Shown: piece after piece, positions 46,101 to 54,643 of the stretch | Numbering within the stretch: position 1 is the stretch's first letter | How the letters are laid out: each line of letters starts with the position of its first letter | Virus record (IMG/VR): IMGVR_UViG_3300037722_000889 | Span: 14,683-78,682 of that record | Origin: a virus | Taxonomy: Duplodnaviria > Caudoviricetes | Reading direction: 5' to 3' (one strand) | DNA length: 64,000 nt | Notes under the pieces: generated by a model | Databases searched by the model: none | The model's input: the letters and a program-made list of their open reading frames with translations, nothing else | What the model was told of the DNA's origin: nothing | Program-made: the position numbers and the translations under genes

Positions 46101-46533
46101 CGGCACCTCGGACTCCATCAAGGGCTGGGTCGTGGACGCCTACGGCCGCGTGACCAAGGGCCTGCGGGTCAGTGACAGGGAAGGCATCGTTACTGCCGAG
46201 GCGGTCAGCAACCTGGGCGAGGACGGCCTGCATTACCTGAACCGCAACCCCGCGGAAGCCGCTGCCATGATCCGCGCGTCCATGAAGACCCCGATGCGCC
46301 GGGCGGCTGGCGGCACCATGGAGAGCAGCCGCGGCATTACCCGGCAGTCGGCCGCCCGCAGCAGCGGCGGAGGCCAGTTCAACTACACCTCGGACATCAA
46401 GGTGGATGGCGGGAACAGTGACATGGACCCGTCGACCATGCAGCGCCTGGGCAAAAAGATTGACTCCACGGTACGCGACATCCTCATCACGGAACAGCGC
46501 CCAGGCGGCATGCTGTATGGGAGCAGACGATGA
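40129..46533 (+). CDS. tail tape measure protein (2134 aa)
   Basis: TP901-type core (YNAALKSIQAITGAT...FNVKQVAEAGRVLAQAG), long helical body and lambda gpH-like C-terminus (GIVTAEAV..LG...LN; EQRPGGMLY). Confidence 0.95.
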   Translation: MADIKLSVIADILLKKGKVEDKEFDNAIKQLLSSKQLPDVVIDPNIKMSKQGLARFKASFEKHSQALSLVIEGQGEHLKGSYRKLYGELTATQAAAMRKMYADLEALVNSKSIGGKFTPDTIRNAERMAKGLTSVFELTPEQRRGANEYQKFIEQQTGLMNNFAASQARLTNSLGGGQRAAPMLMPGVKALADDSKKFSDSLKTALDEGKQLELAAKQRAKDAKAALELEKRTERERDAALKEIAAKRKARAERAAQDERQASAAHQQRLGRQALNAAPKGVLSDMSLLPTQELGPSVAFLKSQADRVATSLDRLKANPAYNVKSKEVQNLLHQQERLNAAIAQGKRLMSQAGKPAKPAPVQQVSGEMFGPPDELIRREAQNRLGGDILERAGGLKGIRNVARDDLPLVIKHLETAKRQYEGLAAATSPFSSEGRKQLRQYTGQIQHVSDALHTAKQRQNGFGTATQQTGALFRQFFRYALGYGALYKMLAALRALTTGVVDYNAALKSIQAITGATVNSMRTIEAGISRVALVTKFNVKQVAEAGRVLAQAGTKPEDFTGALNSVALFASATETSIETAADLVSTMRNVYKELDDLTISNQLTKAVNISKLTGEDLKTILSRGAQVAQSYNLTSEQFLAAVTVLRNAGIKASTVATGLRQGLIELLSPDDKTLKVLVERYDQLGEKLNKKDVQDKFFGFGQTDNPLVAVLKEYQRLGFTGNAKKQFERVFDVRAQNAIVAMINNLDELQAAEAKLTFGNAAMSAAQTQLEALQSSVQNLGAAMTVLASNMSGDVVNSLENVADAATDVIQKLTQLDLQMKSTSGIGVGTLVGAGVTGGVLAGMGGGSIKGRLGRFAAGTAVGTAAASAASEGAEDKGEAQTKAFTASVLSAGVLLDIFIRLGSLLYGASKKTYVATYFGVKLLDFFKWITTLGKLFGEASTVVRIASLAAGGPIRAVIVGVAAVAGLATLVAKFFRKETFEDASAKVRAAQKQYESAKADLDAITAAASQYRLGGVQADGTFTEVQSGTTAAQVQALQDEVKDYRARIADTFDVTAENFSDINEIMLRLAHEGAEAESPQRKALIGQLNQYAKNAIEAGGEDDRLLTRTASMANGITQVTKSLQDALRTELTRISEVQGELSALDQALWDAAQELGRGDAGRVSAELRGLIRITPDRAAELFGQLLQMTTDNLANTEQAKEAVRRANGANEQHIKNLVAAVAQADSPEQAQAEVDKLVTTLGSLGVETRTLLERLRDALEQARDAAGESKGWFSGWDFTGMPKWFQGPDFSGFSEDPKERLAQLKEAQAKAREKELATARAGSPYDPRKAEDFETEFDAEIARVALTVNYNAGIEGADAPLRVSSEAIAEENKREELKEQRERPDILELLASDKWEGRLKRLDQSQQALVAQYRAPDFKGLLPDTKDPLKLTESPALKYVRELTGFGRDEEERDPEAFAISPELAVSIAKAKRELKLAQDYNLQSLTLDDPEANPRRKLAQLEETVRSEEITYLEGRRDQGTRSQRDTTHGKLLKLENERAEAEEDLKFDLEDSRRRLDQRQFERKPIDAERAVEEARLEQEIKTRKKTDPASLGVDDPSNPLNQLSDLKAQGLRDEIDFYSRQLLSGAKEDDEIKARESLQKAMIELAKLHDSTGEEIAQYGRDTKKRNLELEGKLNKLSLEDTENAIKRAYESSSFTEIPALQEKRLELMRRQYEIEIEKLILSGQEKELIEQQRAEQARLLQAARVQTYSADTALPGIKQNISAREQTLSTGSVAEDVARAAKGVPFSVDQKKGNLDANIALYEQQLRGAKELRDHDLDELFQSGDMEAYDLEVAKYKKGIEDLALTLEQLRYERDQLDNGLGEELEQGFNLEHIGDGIDGLDSRMGNLGETITGDVVGGVKNMEDAFADAIVSGENAFDAIRAAAADAMRDVARSIARSGMNKLFSTAVTAVGAYFTGGAKDGGVIKAATGAGPGRMGGVIRGAGTGTSDSIKGWVVDAYGRVTKGLRVSDREGIVTAEAVSNLGEDGLHYLNRNPAEAAAMIRASMKTPMRRAAGGTMESSRGITRQSAARSSGGGQFNYTSDIKVDGGNSDMDPSTMQRLGKKIDSTVRDILITEQRPGGMLYGSRR

Positions 46534-46946
46534 CCACGACAGCCGACAGCATCCTCACCGCGGACAGCCTGCTGACCGCCGACGGCGGCGGTGCCGCAGG
46601 TGGCCGCCCCTTCCTGCCCTACGAACCGGACAACGCCCTGGACCTCGAGATGACCCCCAGGGTGTACCTGGCCTCGTTCGGAGACGGGTACGAGCAGCGC
46701 GCGCGGCGCGGACTCAACCACAAGCTGCAGAAGTGGAGCGTGACCTACGACCTGAAACAGCGAGTGCTGGCGGAGGCGGTGTACGACTTCTTCGATTCCC
46801 TGGACGGCGTCGAAACCTTCCAGTGGGTGCCGCCCGGCGAATCCCAGGCGAGACTGTTCGTGGCCCGGTCCTACAAGAAATCCCTGCCCTACGGTGACCG
46901 GTTCGCCCAGACCATCACGACCACGTTCGAGGAGGTGCCCGCATGA
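46530..46946 (+). CDS. minor/distal tail protein, lambda gpM-like
   Basis: ASFGDGYEQR...GLN...FFDSLDGVETFQWVPP...FEEVP. Confidence 0.9.
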   Translation: MTTTADSILTADSLLTADGGGAAGGRPFLPYEPDNALDLEMTPRVYLASFGDGYEQRARRGLNHKLQKWSVTYDLKQRVLAEAVYDFFDSLDGVETFQWVPPGESQARLFVARSYKKSLPYGDRFAQTITTTFEEVPA

Positions 46947-47623
46947 GCCTGCAGGCCGAACTCCAGGAGCTGGTCCCGTCTGCCCTGCTCGAGCTGTACG
47001 TGCTGGATCTGACCGAAACCGGTCACCAGACCGTCCTGCGTTTCTATTCCGGGCTGGACCGCAACTACGGCGCGCTGCAGTTCCGGGGCTACGACTACAG
47101 CCCCTGGCCGATCAAGGCCACCGGCTTTGCCAAGTCGGCCAAAGGCCCGTTCCCGCGGCCGGAGCTGACGCTGAGCAACGTGACCGGCTACATCAGCTCC
47201 CTGCTGCCGATATACGACGACTTCGTCGGCGCCAAGGTTACCCGCCAGCGCACCGTGGCCCGCTATCTGGACAACGGCGCGAACCCCGATCCCAACGCCG
47301 TGCTCGAGGACGTGTTCTTCGTGAACCAGCGCAAGGTCGAGACCCAGGAGGCGGTGACCTTCGAGCTGGTGTCCTCCCTGGACCTGGGCGACAAGGTACT
47401 GCCCGGCCGCATCATGGTGACCACCTGCCCGTCCGAATACCGGGGGCCGGAGTGCAGCTGGCCCGGCACCAATCCGCTGAAGTGGTACGACCGGGACGAT
47501 GTCCAGGTGTTCACCCAGTCGGCCGACCGCTGCGGCCGCAAGATCTCCAGCTGCAAGAAACGGTTCGGGGCGAATGCGGAGCTGACATACGGCGGGTTCC
47601 CCGGCATGGGGAGGACGCGATGA
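46943..47623 (+). CDS. tail tip protein L, lambda gpL-like
   Basis: LELYVLD, FPRPELTLSN, LPGR, CPSEYRGPEC...C...CKKRF, YGGFPG with the Cys cluster intact. Confidence 0.92.
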   Translation: MSLQAELQELVPSALLELYVLDLTETGHQTVLRFYSGLDRNYGALQFRGYDYSPWPIKATGFAKSAKGPFPRPELTLSNVTGYISSLLPIYDDFVGAKVTRQRTVARYLDNGANPDPNAVLEDVFFVNQRKVETQEAVTFELVSSLDLGDKVLPGRIMVTTCPSEYRGPECSWPGTNPLKWYDRDDVQVFTQSADRCGRKISSCKKRFGANAELTYGGFPGMGRTR

Positions 47624-48333
47624 CCATCGACGACACCGTGATCCGGGCCATCGCCGCCCACGCCGAGGCCGAGCACCCCAAAGAGTGCTGCGGCCTGGTG
47701 CTGCGCAACGGACCCATTGCCAGGGTCCTGCGGGCGGAGAACCTTGCCCACGACCCCTACCGGTCGTTCAAGATCGATCCGGTCTGGTACCTGCGACACG
47801 AAGCCCACGTGGAGTTCGTTTACCACTCTCACCCCAATGGCCTGCCCAACCCGACGGACGCTGACAAGGCCGCTTGCGAGGCCCTGAACAAGCCGTACCT
47901 GATCATGGCATCTCCGTCAGGCGCCATGTGCTCGTACTTCCCACAGGGCTTCACAGCGCCGCTGGAAGGACGCCAGTTCGTGTATGGGATCTTCGACTGC
48001 CTGTCCGTAGTGACCGACTTCTACAAGCAGGAATTCGGCCTGGCCATCGGCCAGTTCGAGCGCCCGCCGTTCGGCTGGTGGCGGGAGGGCAAGCAGGCCC
48101 CGTTCGAGGCCCACTACAAGGCCGCCGGGTTTGTGGAGGTCACGGAGCCGCAGCACGGGGACGTGCTCCTGATGCAGGTCGGCGACGCCAAGGTGACCAA
48201 CCACTCCGGCGTCTACCTGAAGGGCGGCCTGCTGCTGCACCACTCTCTGAACCATGTCAGCCACAAGACCGTGTACGGCGGGTACTGGCGCAAACATACA
48301 ACGAAGGTGCTACGGCATGTTGACCACACTTAA
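47620..48333 (+). CDS. tail tip assembly protein K (JAB + NlpC/P60)
   Basis: PKECCG, YHSHP...D, FVYGIFDC and NHSGVYL...LLHH motifs. Confidence 0.92.
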   Translation: MTIDDTVIRAIAAHAEAEHPKECCGLVLRNGPIARVLRAENLAHDPYRSFKIDPVWYLRHEAHVEFVYHSHPNGLPNPTDADKAACEALNKPYLIMASPSGAMCSYFPQGFTAPLEGRQFVYGIFDCLSVVTDFYKQEFGLAIGQFERPPFGWWREGKQAPFEAHYKAAGFVEVTEPQHGDVLLMQVGDAKVTNHSGVYLKGGLLLHHSLNHVSHKTVYGGYWRKHTTKVLRHVDHT

Positions 48334-48919
48334 ATTGCACGGCGACCTGGAGAGGTTCGGCGCCAGTCGCGAACTGGCCCTGGCCACGCCGTTCGAGGCG
48401 TTCCAGGCGGTCGAAGCCCTGCGCCCCGGGTTCCTGCAGCAGGCCAAGGTCGGCCAGTACTGCATGGTTATCGAGTATCCCGGCGAGGAGCCTGAGCTGG
48501 TGGACGAGGCGCGCGGCAACATGCCAATCTCCGGCGGCACGTTGCATGTTGTGCCAACCGTGGAAGGCGAGTACGGCCAGGCGATCGCCTGGACCGCCAG
48601 CCAGCTCATGACCTACTTCGGAGGGACCACCGCGGCAGCGGCCGCAGTAGCTGTGGCCGTCGCGACGGTTGCGGTTTCAGTAGTCATCTCCATGGCGCTC
48701 TCTGGCGTCGCCAACATGCTGTGGCCACTCCCCAAGGCGGACCCCTCCCAGGAGCGGCCAGACAACAAGCCCAGCTACTACTTCAACGGCCCGGTCAACA
48801 CGATCAAGCAAGGCAACCCCGTAGCCCTGTGCTACGGCGGCCCCCTTTTGGTCGGCAGCCAGGTGATCAGCGTGGCAATCAACACAGAAGAACTGGCCCT
48901 GGATTATGAACCGGAATAA
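48317..48919 (+). CDS. tail assembly protein I
   Basis: LKLHGDL, VPTVEG, SYYFNGPVNT..QG.PV.LCYG...VGSQVIS. Confidence 0.9.
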   Translation: MLTTLKLHGDLERFGASRELALATPFEAFQAVEALRPGFLQQAKVGQYCMVIEYPGEEPELVDEARGNMPISGGTLHVVPTVEGEYGQAIAWTASQLMTYFGGTTAAAAAVAVAVATVAVSVVISMALSGVANMLWPLPKADPSQERPDNKPSYYFNGPVNTIKQGNPVALCYGGPLLVGSQVISVAINTEELALDYEPE

Positions 48920-48924
48920 TAACC

Positions 48925-51900
48925 ATGAATGATCTGAACAAGAACCTACCAGTAGTGGCAGGCAGCGGCGGCGGCAAGGGCGGCGGCGGCGCAGTGCGTG
49001 CCGCAGTGGAAGATCCAGACAGCCTGCGCTCCACGTCGATCATCGACATTGTCGAGGTGATCAGCGAGGGCGAGATCGAGGGCTGGGCCGGCGAAAGCAT
49101 GGAGAATTCCATCTACATCGACGGCACGCCCCTGTGGCAGAACGGCAAATTCAACTTCACCGGCGTAACCGTGGAGGCCCGCAGCGGCACCCAGGACCAG
49201 ACCTACGTGCCGGGGCAGGCCAACTTCGCCGGCCCGTCCAATGAGCAGCAGGTGGACGTGCGCCTGCGCTACGACACTCCGCTGATCCGCCGCATCAACG
49301 ACACCGCGGTCGATGAGTGCAAGGTCACCGTCATGGTGCCGCAGTTGCTGAAGCAGGACAAGACGACGGGCGACGTGAACGGCACGTCGGTTGCTCTGTC
49401 CATCAGCGTGCGGTCTTCTTCCACTGGCACCTTTGTCAACGTGCCGCTGGGCGGGCGCGGGGTGATCAACGGCAAGGCGTCCTCCCCGTACTACCGGTCG
49501 TTCCGCTTCGGCCTGCGCCAGTTCGGCGACCCGCCCTACGACATTCAGGTGGAGCGGCTGACGGAGGACTCGGAGTCCCTGGCACTTAGCAACGACCTGC
49601 ATTGGGCGTCCTACACTGAGACCATCCGGTCCAAGCTGACCTACCCGAACTCGGCGCTGGTCCGTATTGCCATCGATGCCGAGCAGTTCAGCAGTATCCC
49701 GGTGCGCGGCTACCTGATCAAGGGCCTCAAGGTCCAGGTGCCGACCAACTACGACCCCATCCTGCGCACCTATGACGGGGAGTGGGTCGGCACGTTCAAG
49801 CCGGCCTGGACCGACAACCCAGCCTGGGTGTTCCACGACATCCTGGCCAATGACCGCTACGGGCTCGGCAAGCGGATCCCCGAGGCGCTGCGCAACAAGT
49901 GGATGCTGTACACCCTGGCCCAGTACTGTGACGAGTTGGTGCCGGACGGCATGGGCGGGGAAGAGCCCAGATTCCGCTGCTCCGGCTACTTCCAGTCTCC
50001 GTCCAGCGCCTACCAGTTTGTCCAGGACCTGGCCACCATCTTCCGCGGCGCCGTGTACTGGGGATCAGGCGGAGTCACGGCCACGGTCGACCGTCCCACC
50101 GCGCCCAGTTTCCAGTACACGCCGGCGAACGTCATCGACGGCCGCTTCTCCTACACCGGCAGCAAAGGGGACACCCGCTTTACCGCCGCCCTGGTAGCGT
50201 GGAACAACCCGGACCTGAACTACGAGCGGGAGCTGGAATATGTGGACGACCCGGAAGGGATGCTGCGCTACGGCTATCGGGAGACCTCGGTCGTGGCCAT
50301 CGGCTGCACCTCTCGCGCCCAGGCGCGCCGCGTAGGCAAGGCCCTGCTGCTGACCAACCGCCTGGAAACCGAGCTGGTAACCTTCAACGTAGGCCTCGAC
50401 TCTGCCGCCGTTGTGCCGGGGCAGGTGGGGTATATCTACGACCCGATGCACAACGTCAGCATCATCGGCGGGCGGGTGGCGTCCGCGGGCGTGCAGTCCG
50501 TGACGCTGGACCGGGACGTGACCCTCGAGACTGGCAACACCTACACCCTGGCCCTGACCCAGCCGGACGGCACGGTCTACGACGCCACCGTCATGAACGA
50601 CATGGGCTTGATCGAGGCGGGCGAGGACATCCTGCTGGGCGACCCGCTGCCGGCCGTGCTGGTGGGCCACGCGGTATGGACCCTGCGCACCCAGTCCGCC
50701 CAGGGCGCTCTGTATCGCGTCATCTCCATCACCGAGTCCGATGACCCGGTGTCTGACGGGTTCTTTACCGTGACCGCTGTCGAGTACCACGGCGACAAGT
50801 ATCCGCAGATCGATGACGTTGGCGATCTGGAGCTGGCCCCGATTACCGAGCTGCCCGGCAGCAGCGGCGTGCCGTCACCTTCCGGCCTGACCGTGACGGA
50901 TGGGGCTATGTTCGTGGCGGACGGCTACCGCCGGTACATCGACGTGTCCTGGTCCAATGCAGTGGGCCAGTACATCAGTCACCACGTCATCCGCTACACC
51001 TCGCCCAGCGGCGAGATCCACGAGGTCAAGGTGCTGGGCCAATCCCACCGCATCATGGACCCTGCGCTGGGCACGTACTCGTTCGCCGTCTACGCGGTGG
51101 ACGTGGGCGGGCGGTACTCCACCAGCATCGGGCAAGCCATTACGCTGTCGGAGCTGACCCACATCGAGCTGGTGCGGATCTCCGGATTGGAACTGAAAGG
51201 GAAAGGGAATGTAACCGAGTTCGAGGGGCGGGACGCACACTTCACGTGGCGCATGAACTCGGCGACCTACAACTACGAGATGGGCGATGAGCCCCTGGGG
51301 GCGGGGTCCGGGTCCAACGACCCGTGGTTCCTGGACTACGAAGTCACGGTCTACACGCCTGGCCTGTTCGATACCGTGCGTCGGGTCGAGCACGTCACGG
51401 ACCCCGAGTACGTGTACACCCTGGAGAAGAACAAGGCAGACGGCAACGGCACGCCGATCCGCGAGTTCATCGTGTCGGTGGCCGCGCGCGACAAGTACAA
51501 CCGCACCAGCCCCGACGCCCGGATTATGGTCAACAATCCGCCGCCAGTCGACTTCGGTCTGGTCAATTACCTGTCGTCCATCGGCGCGATCTTCGTCGAG
51601 TACACGAAGCCAACCGACCCGGATTACGTATCCACTCGCCTGTACGGCTCGCTGGTGCCTGGGTTCGCGCCCGGGCCAGACAATCTGCTGAACGAATCGG
51701 CGGATTACATTGTCGGGACCACCGGCCTGCCTGCTGGCACTTACTACGTGCGCCTGGAAGGCGTGGACGCGTTCGGTCCTGCCGGGATATTCACCTCGCC
51801 CGTAGCGGTCGTGGCCAATGCCACCGCCGATGTGCAGCAGCTGTTGGAAGGGGCAGTCACTGAATCGATGCTGAACGCATCCCTGACGGAGGCCATCAGT

Positions 51901-53409
51901 GCCAACGGGATTCCAGCCTACAACCAGGGCACTGCATACGCCAAGGACGACGCGGTGCTGTACGACGGCGGAATGTACGTGGCCCTGCAGGACATGCCCA
52001 CGCCGCCGGTTCCGCTCACTTCCGATACCGCATACTGGCAGTACTTGGGACCCTATACCACGGTAAGCGCCGCGGTGGCCGGCAACTCGGTTGCGGTTGC
52101 TGAATCGATGACGGCTATCGCGAACCTGGAGGGCGACGTCACTAACCTGTACGCCGAGTACATGGTCAAGCTGGATGTAAACGGATACGTCTCCGGCTTC
52201 GGCCTGGCCAATGACGGTGCCACCTCCGAGGCAGCCTTCCTGGTCGACACGTTCTCGATCGTGTCTCCCGGCGCTACAGCCGCCAGCTTCCTGGTGGAGG
52301 GCGGGAAGGTGGTCATGGACGGGGCGCACATCAAGCAGGCGTCCATCGAGACGGCGGCTATTGAAGACATCATTCACAGCTCCAACTACGAGCCTGGGGT
52401 GGCTGGCTGGGCGCTGACCTCCAGCACCGGGGCGTTCGAAGCGAACAGTGGCACGTTCCGTGGCAACGTAGATGTAGCCAGTATCGACATCGGCGGGCCG
52501 GACGCCACTTCATTCCACATCGATACCGACGGCAACGCCTGGGCTGGAGCCGCATTGTTCGCTGCTGCTCCATTCCGCGTCAGTTCCTCCGGCCAGCTGA
52601 CCGCCTTGTCGGGGCAGTTCTCTGGCAAGCTGGACATCGGCACCGGCAACACCTCGTTCCACGTGGACCAGAGCGGTAACATGTGGTCAGGGCACGCGGA
52701 TTACGGCGCGCTGGCGCCGTTCCGCGTGACGAACGCGGGCGTGATGCACTGCAAGGACGCCTACGTGAACGGCAATTTCTCGGTGGCGTCCACCGGCAAT
52801 ATCAAGGGTGGCGCTACCGGGTACAACGCGGGCAACGGGTTCTGGTTCGGGTATCACAGCGGGGCGTACAAGGCGTTTATTGGCAACGCCAGCGGCAATA
52901 AGTTGTTGTATGACGGTACGAACCTGTGGCTGACGGGCAAGCTGACCGCTTCTGCTATCGACGCCATCAACACGATAAATATTGCAGGGCAGGCGGTTAC
53001 CATTCCAGAAGGCACCTTAACTGGCGCAGTGAATTTGACCTCCACAACGTGGAAACAAGTAGGGTCAGCGACAATATATGGGTCTATAGGTCAGACGCGC
53101 ATTATCGTTTTCTCCATAAATGTGTTCTTCGCCGCGCCGCAGGGAGCGGGGACTGATAACAATGCCAAGCTCGAGCTGCAAATTAGGAGAAACGGCGGCA
53201 CGATAAAAACTTACTATGGGTACGGGGACGGAGTGGGTGATACCGACGTCATCGGAGACGCAATTAAGTCCACGTTCTGCTGGGCAGACAAAACTGGGGG
53301 TACGGGCACTCAGACCTTTACCGTGTGGGCAAGGTCGTCAGGGCCAATTAGCGGATCTGGGCATCAGTCTAAAGAATGCGTAGTCGCAGTCATAGAGGGA
53401 AAACGATGA
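48925..53409 (+). CDS. tail tip/host-specificity protein J (1494 aa)
   Basis: GGGKGGG start, ISEGEIEG, WTDNPAW, FN3-like segments, CBM5/12-like AYNQGTAYAKDDAVLYDG...W, DUF1983-like VKLDVNGYVSGFGL, and a lower-GC C-terminus. Confidence 0.93.
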   Translation: MNDLNKNLPVVAGSGGGKGGGGAVRAAVEDPDSLRSTSIIDIVEVISEGEIEGWAGESMENSIYIDGTPLWQNGKFNFTGVTVEARSGTQDQTYVPGQANFAGPSNEQQVDVRLRYDTPLIRRINDTAVDECKVTVMVPQLLKQDKTTGDVNGTSVALSISVRSSSTGTFVNVPLGGRGVINGKASSPYYRSFRFGLRQFGDPPYDIQVERLTEDSESLALSNDLHWASYTETIRSKLTYPNSALVRIAIDAEQFSSIPVRGYLIKGLKVQVPTNYDPILRTYDGEWVGTFKPAWTDNPAWVFHDILANDRYGLGKRIPEALRNKWMLYTLAQYCDELVPDGMGGEEPRFRCSGYFQSPSSAYQFVQDLATIFRGAVYWGSGGVTATVDRPTAPSFQYTPANVIDGRFSYTGSKGDTRFTAALVAWNNPDLNYERELEYVDDPEGMLRYGYRETSVVAIGCTSRAQARRVGKALLLTNRLETELVTFNVGLDSAAVVPGQVGYIYDPMHNVSIIGGRVASAGVQSVTLDRDVTLETGNTYTLALTQPDGTVYDATVMNDMGLIEAGEDILLGDPLPAVLVGHAVWTLRTQSAQGALYRVISITESDDPVSDGFFTVTAVEYHGDKYPQIDDVGDLELAPITELPGSSGVPSPSGLTVTDGAMFVADGYRRYIDVSWSNAVGQYISHHVIRYTSPSGEIHEVKVLGQSHRIMDPALGTYSFAVYAVDVGGRYSTSIGQAITLSELTHIELVRISGLELKGKGNVTEFEGRDAHFTWRMNSATYNYEMGDEPLGAGSGSNDPWFLDYEVTVYTPGLFDTVRRVEHVTDPEYVYTLEKNKADGNGTPIREFIVSVAARDKYNRTSPDARIMVNNPPPVDFGLVNYLSSIGAIFVEYTKPTDPDYVSTRLYGSLVPGFAPGPDNLLNESADYIVGTTGLPAGTYYVRLEGVDAFGPAGIFTSPVAVVANATADVQQLLEGAVTESMLNASLTEAISANGIPAYNQGTAYAKDDAVLYDGGMYVALQDMPTPPVPLTSDTAYWQYLGPYTTVSAAVAGNSVAVAESMTAIANLEGDVTNLYAEYMVKLDVNGYVSGFGLANDGATSEAAFLVDTFSIVSPGATAASFLVEGGKVVMDGAHIKQASIETAAIEDIIHSSNYEPGVAGWALTSSTGAFEANSGTFRGNVDVASIDIGGPDATSFHIDTDGNAWAGAALFAAAPFRVSSSGQLTALSGQFSGKLDIGTGNTSFHVDQSGNMWSGHADYGALAPFRVTNAGVMHCKDAYVNGNFSVASTGNIKGGATGYNAGNGFWFGYHSGAYKAFIGNASGNKLLYDGTNLWLTGKLTASAIDAINTINIAGQAVTIPEGTLTGAVNLTSTTWKQVGSATIYGSIGQTRIIVFSINVFFAAPQGAGTDNNAKLELQIRRNGGTIKTYYGYGDGVGDTDVIGDAIKSTFCWADKTGGTGTQTFTVWARSSGPISGSGHQSKECVVAVIEGKR

Positions 53410-53843
53410 GAAGCTTCGTCATATATTTAAACACCTGCGAGATTATCAGGTGGGGTTCCACCATCGATAATTTCATGGAAGGCGAATCGGAAATAGACAC
53501 GGTACAGGGGCAGATCAGCAATCCTGAAGAGAACGCTTTGGAAGCAGTTGGTACGCAAGGCACCCATTACATAGACCTCTCCAGCGACCCTGTCTGCGTG
53601 CAGCGCCCAGAACTAGAATACCTCGTAACCACCGGCATTATCCTCGCCGACGGCATCGACTCCTCCACTGTCACCGGCATCCCCGAGGACTGGGAGTTCA
53701 CCCTCGACAACGGCGACCCCATGCTCACGGACGGCACCGACGTCGTGTTCACCGCCATCGAACCCGGCGACTACGTCCTGCGGTTCACGAAGTGGCCTTA
53801 CCTCGACGTGGAGGTTGTGATCCATGCAGATCCAGCTGTCTAA
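53406..53843 (+). CDS. tail-tip accessory protein (145 aa)
   Basis: ATGA-coupled to J; ends FT...PGDY.LRF..WPYLD. Confidence 0.6.
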   Translation: MRSFVIYLNTCEIIRWGSTIDNFMEGESEIDTVQGQISNPEENALEAVGTQGTHYIDLSSDPVCVQRPELEYLVTTGIILADGIDSSTVTGIPEDWEFTLDNGDPMLTDGTDVVFTAIEPGDYVLRFTKWPYLDVEVVIHADPAV

Positions 53844-54246
53844 ACACCCGACCGCAACCCTGGACGACCAGAAGGCTTCCGCCAAGTGGGACGTGGACCG
53901 GGCCGCCGGCCGTGCGCGGTCGCGTTACATCACGGTCGTCCCCGGCCAGGCCGAGACCTACCAGTCCAAGGCCATGGACGCGGCGGCTTTCCTGGCCACC
54001 AGCCCGGACCCCGCGGCCCCGGCGGCCCCGGGTCACCCCTGGGTGGAGGCCGAGGCCGAGGCCCAGGGCATGCTGCCAGTCCCGGCGGCCCAGTTCGTCC
54101 TGCAGACCCAGGCCCAGTGGGCTTCGCTCGGCGCTTTGATCGAGAAAATCCGCCTCCAGACGAAGAATGCCGTGACAGCTTCTGGTACAATTCAGGCAGT
54201 TATCGCAGCCAGGAACGCCGGGACTGCCGCGCTGGACGCACTTTGA
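53824..54246 (+). CDS. tail fibre assembly-like protein
   Basis: DRAAGRARSRYIT..GQAETYQSK...W......IEKIRLQTK pattern seen in fibre-associated helical proteins. Confidence 0.65.
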   Translation: MQIQLSKHPTATLDDQKASAKWDVDRAAGRARSRYITVVPGQAETYQSKAMDAAAFLATSPDPAAPAAPGHPWVEAEAEAQGMLPVPAAQFVLQTQAQWASLGALIEKIRLQTKNAVTASGTIQAVIAARNAGTAALDAL

Positions 54247-54271
54247 GACCCGAATCAATGAGGATTCGCAA

Positions 54272-54625
54272 ATGCAATACAAAGCAGGCTCGGTAGCCGT
54301 TACCAGCGGCTCCAACATCGTCACCGGCACCGACACCCTCTGGCTCGCCAACCTGACCGCCGGCGACATCTTCACCGTCAGCCCGGGCGGCGTCTGGTAC
54401 CAGATCGCCTCCGTCGACTCCAGCACCCAGCTCACCCTGACCGCGCCGTACGGCGGCTCCACCGCGGCGGCGCAGGACTACGCTGTCACCCGCGACTTCA
54501 CCCCCAACCTGAACCTTCCATACCCCGTGCGCGGGGACATCGAAACGCCTGCCATCGTTGCGCGGGCGCTGCTGGCCATCGACGCCGAGTTGAAGCGGCT
54601 GAGCGACATTGTAGACAACCCGTAA
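54272..54625 (+). CDS. stand-alone tail-fibre N-terminal (anchor-like) domain protein
   Basis: MQYKAGSVAVTSGSNIVTGTDTLW...WYQIASVDSSTQLTLTAPYGG is the usual N-terminus of long fibres, but this ORF stops at 117 aa. Confidence 0.7.
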   Translation: MQYKAGSVAVTSGSNIVTGTDTLWLANLTAGDIFTVSPGGVWYQIASVDSSTQLTLTAPYGGSTAAAQDYAVTRDFTPNLNLPYPVRGDIETPAIVARALLAIDAELKRLSDIVDNP

Positions 54626-54643
54626 TGTAGAAAGGGGGCCGCG

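Noticed and set aside
48925-54625. Diversity-generating retroelement acting on the tail-tip genes
   Set aside because: No reverse transcriptase and no template/variable repeat pair differing at adenines was noticed.
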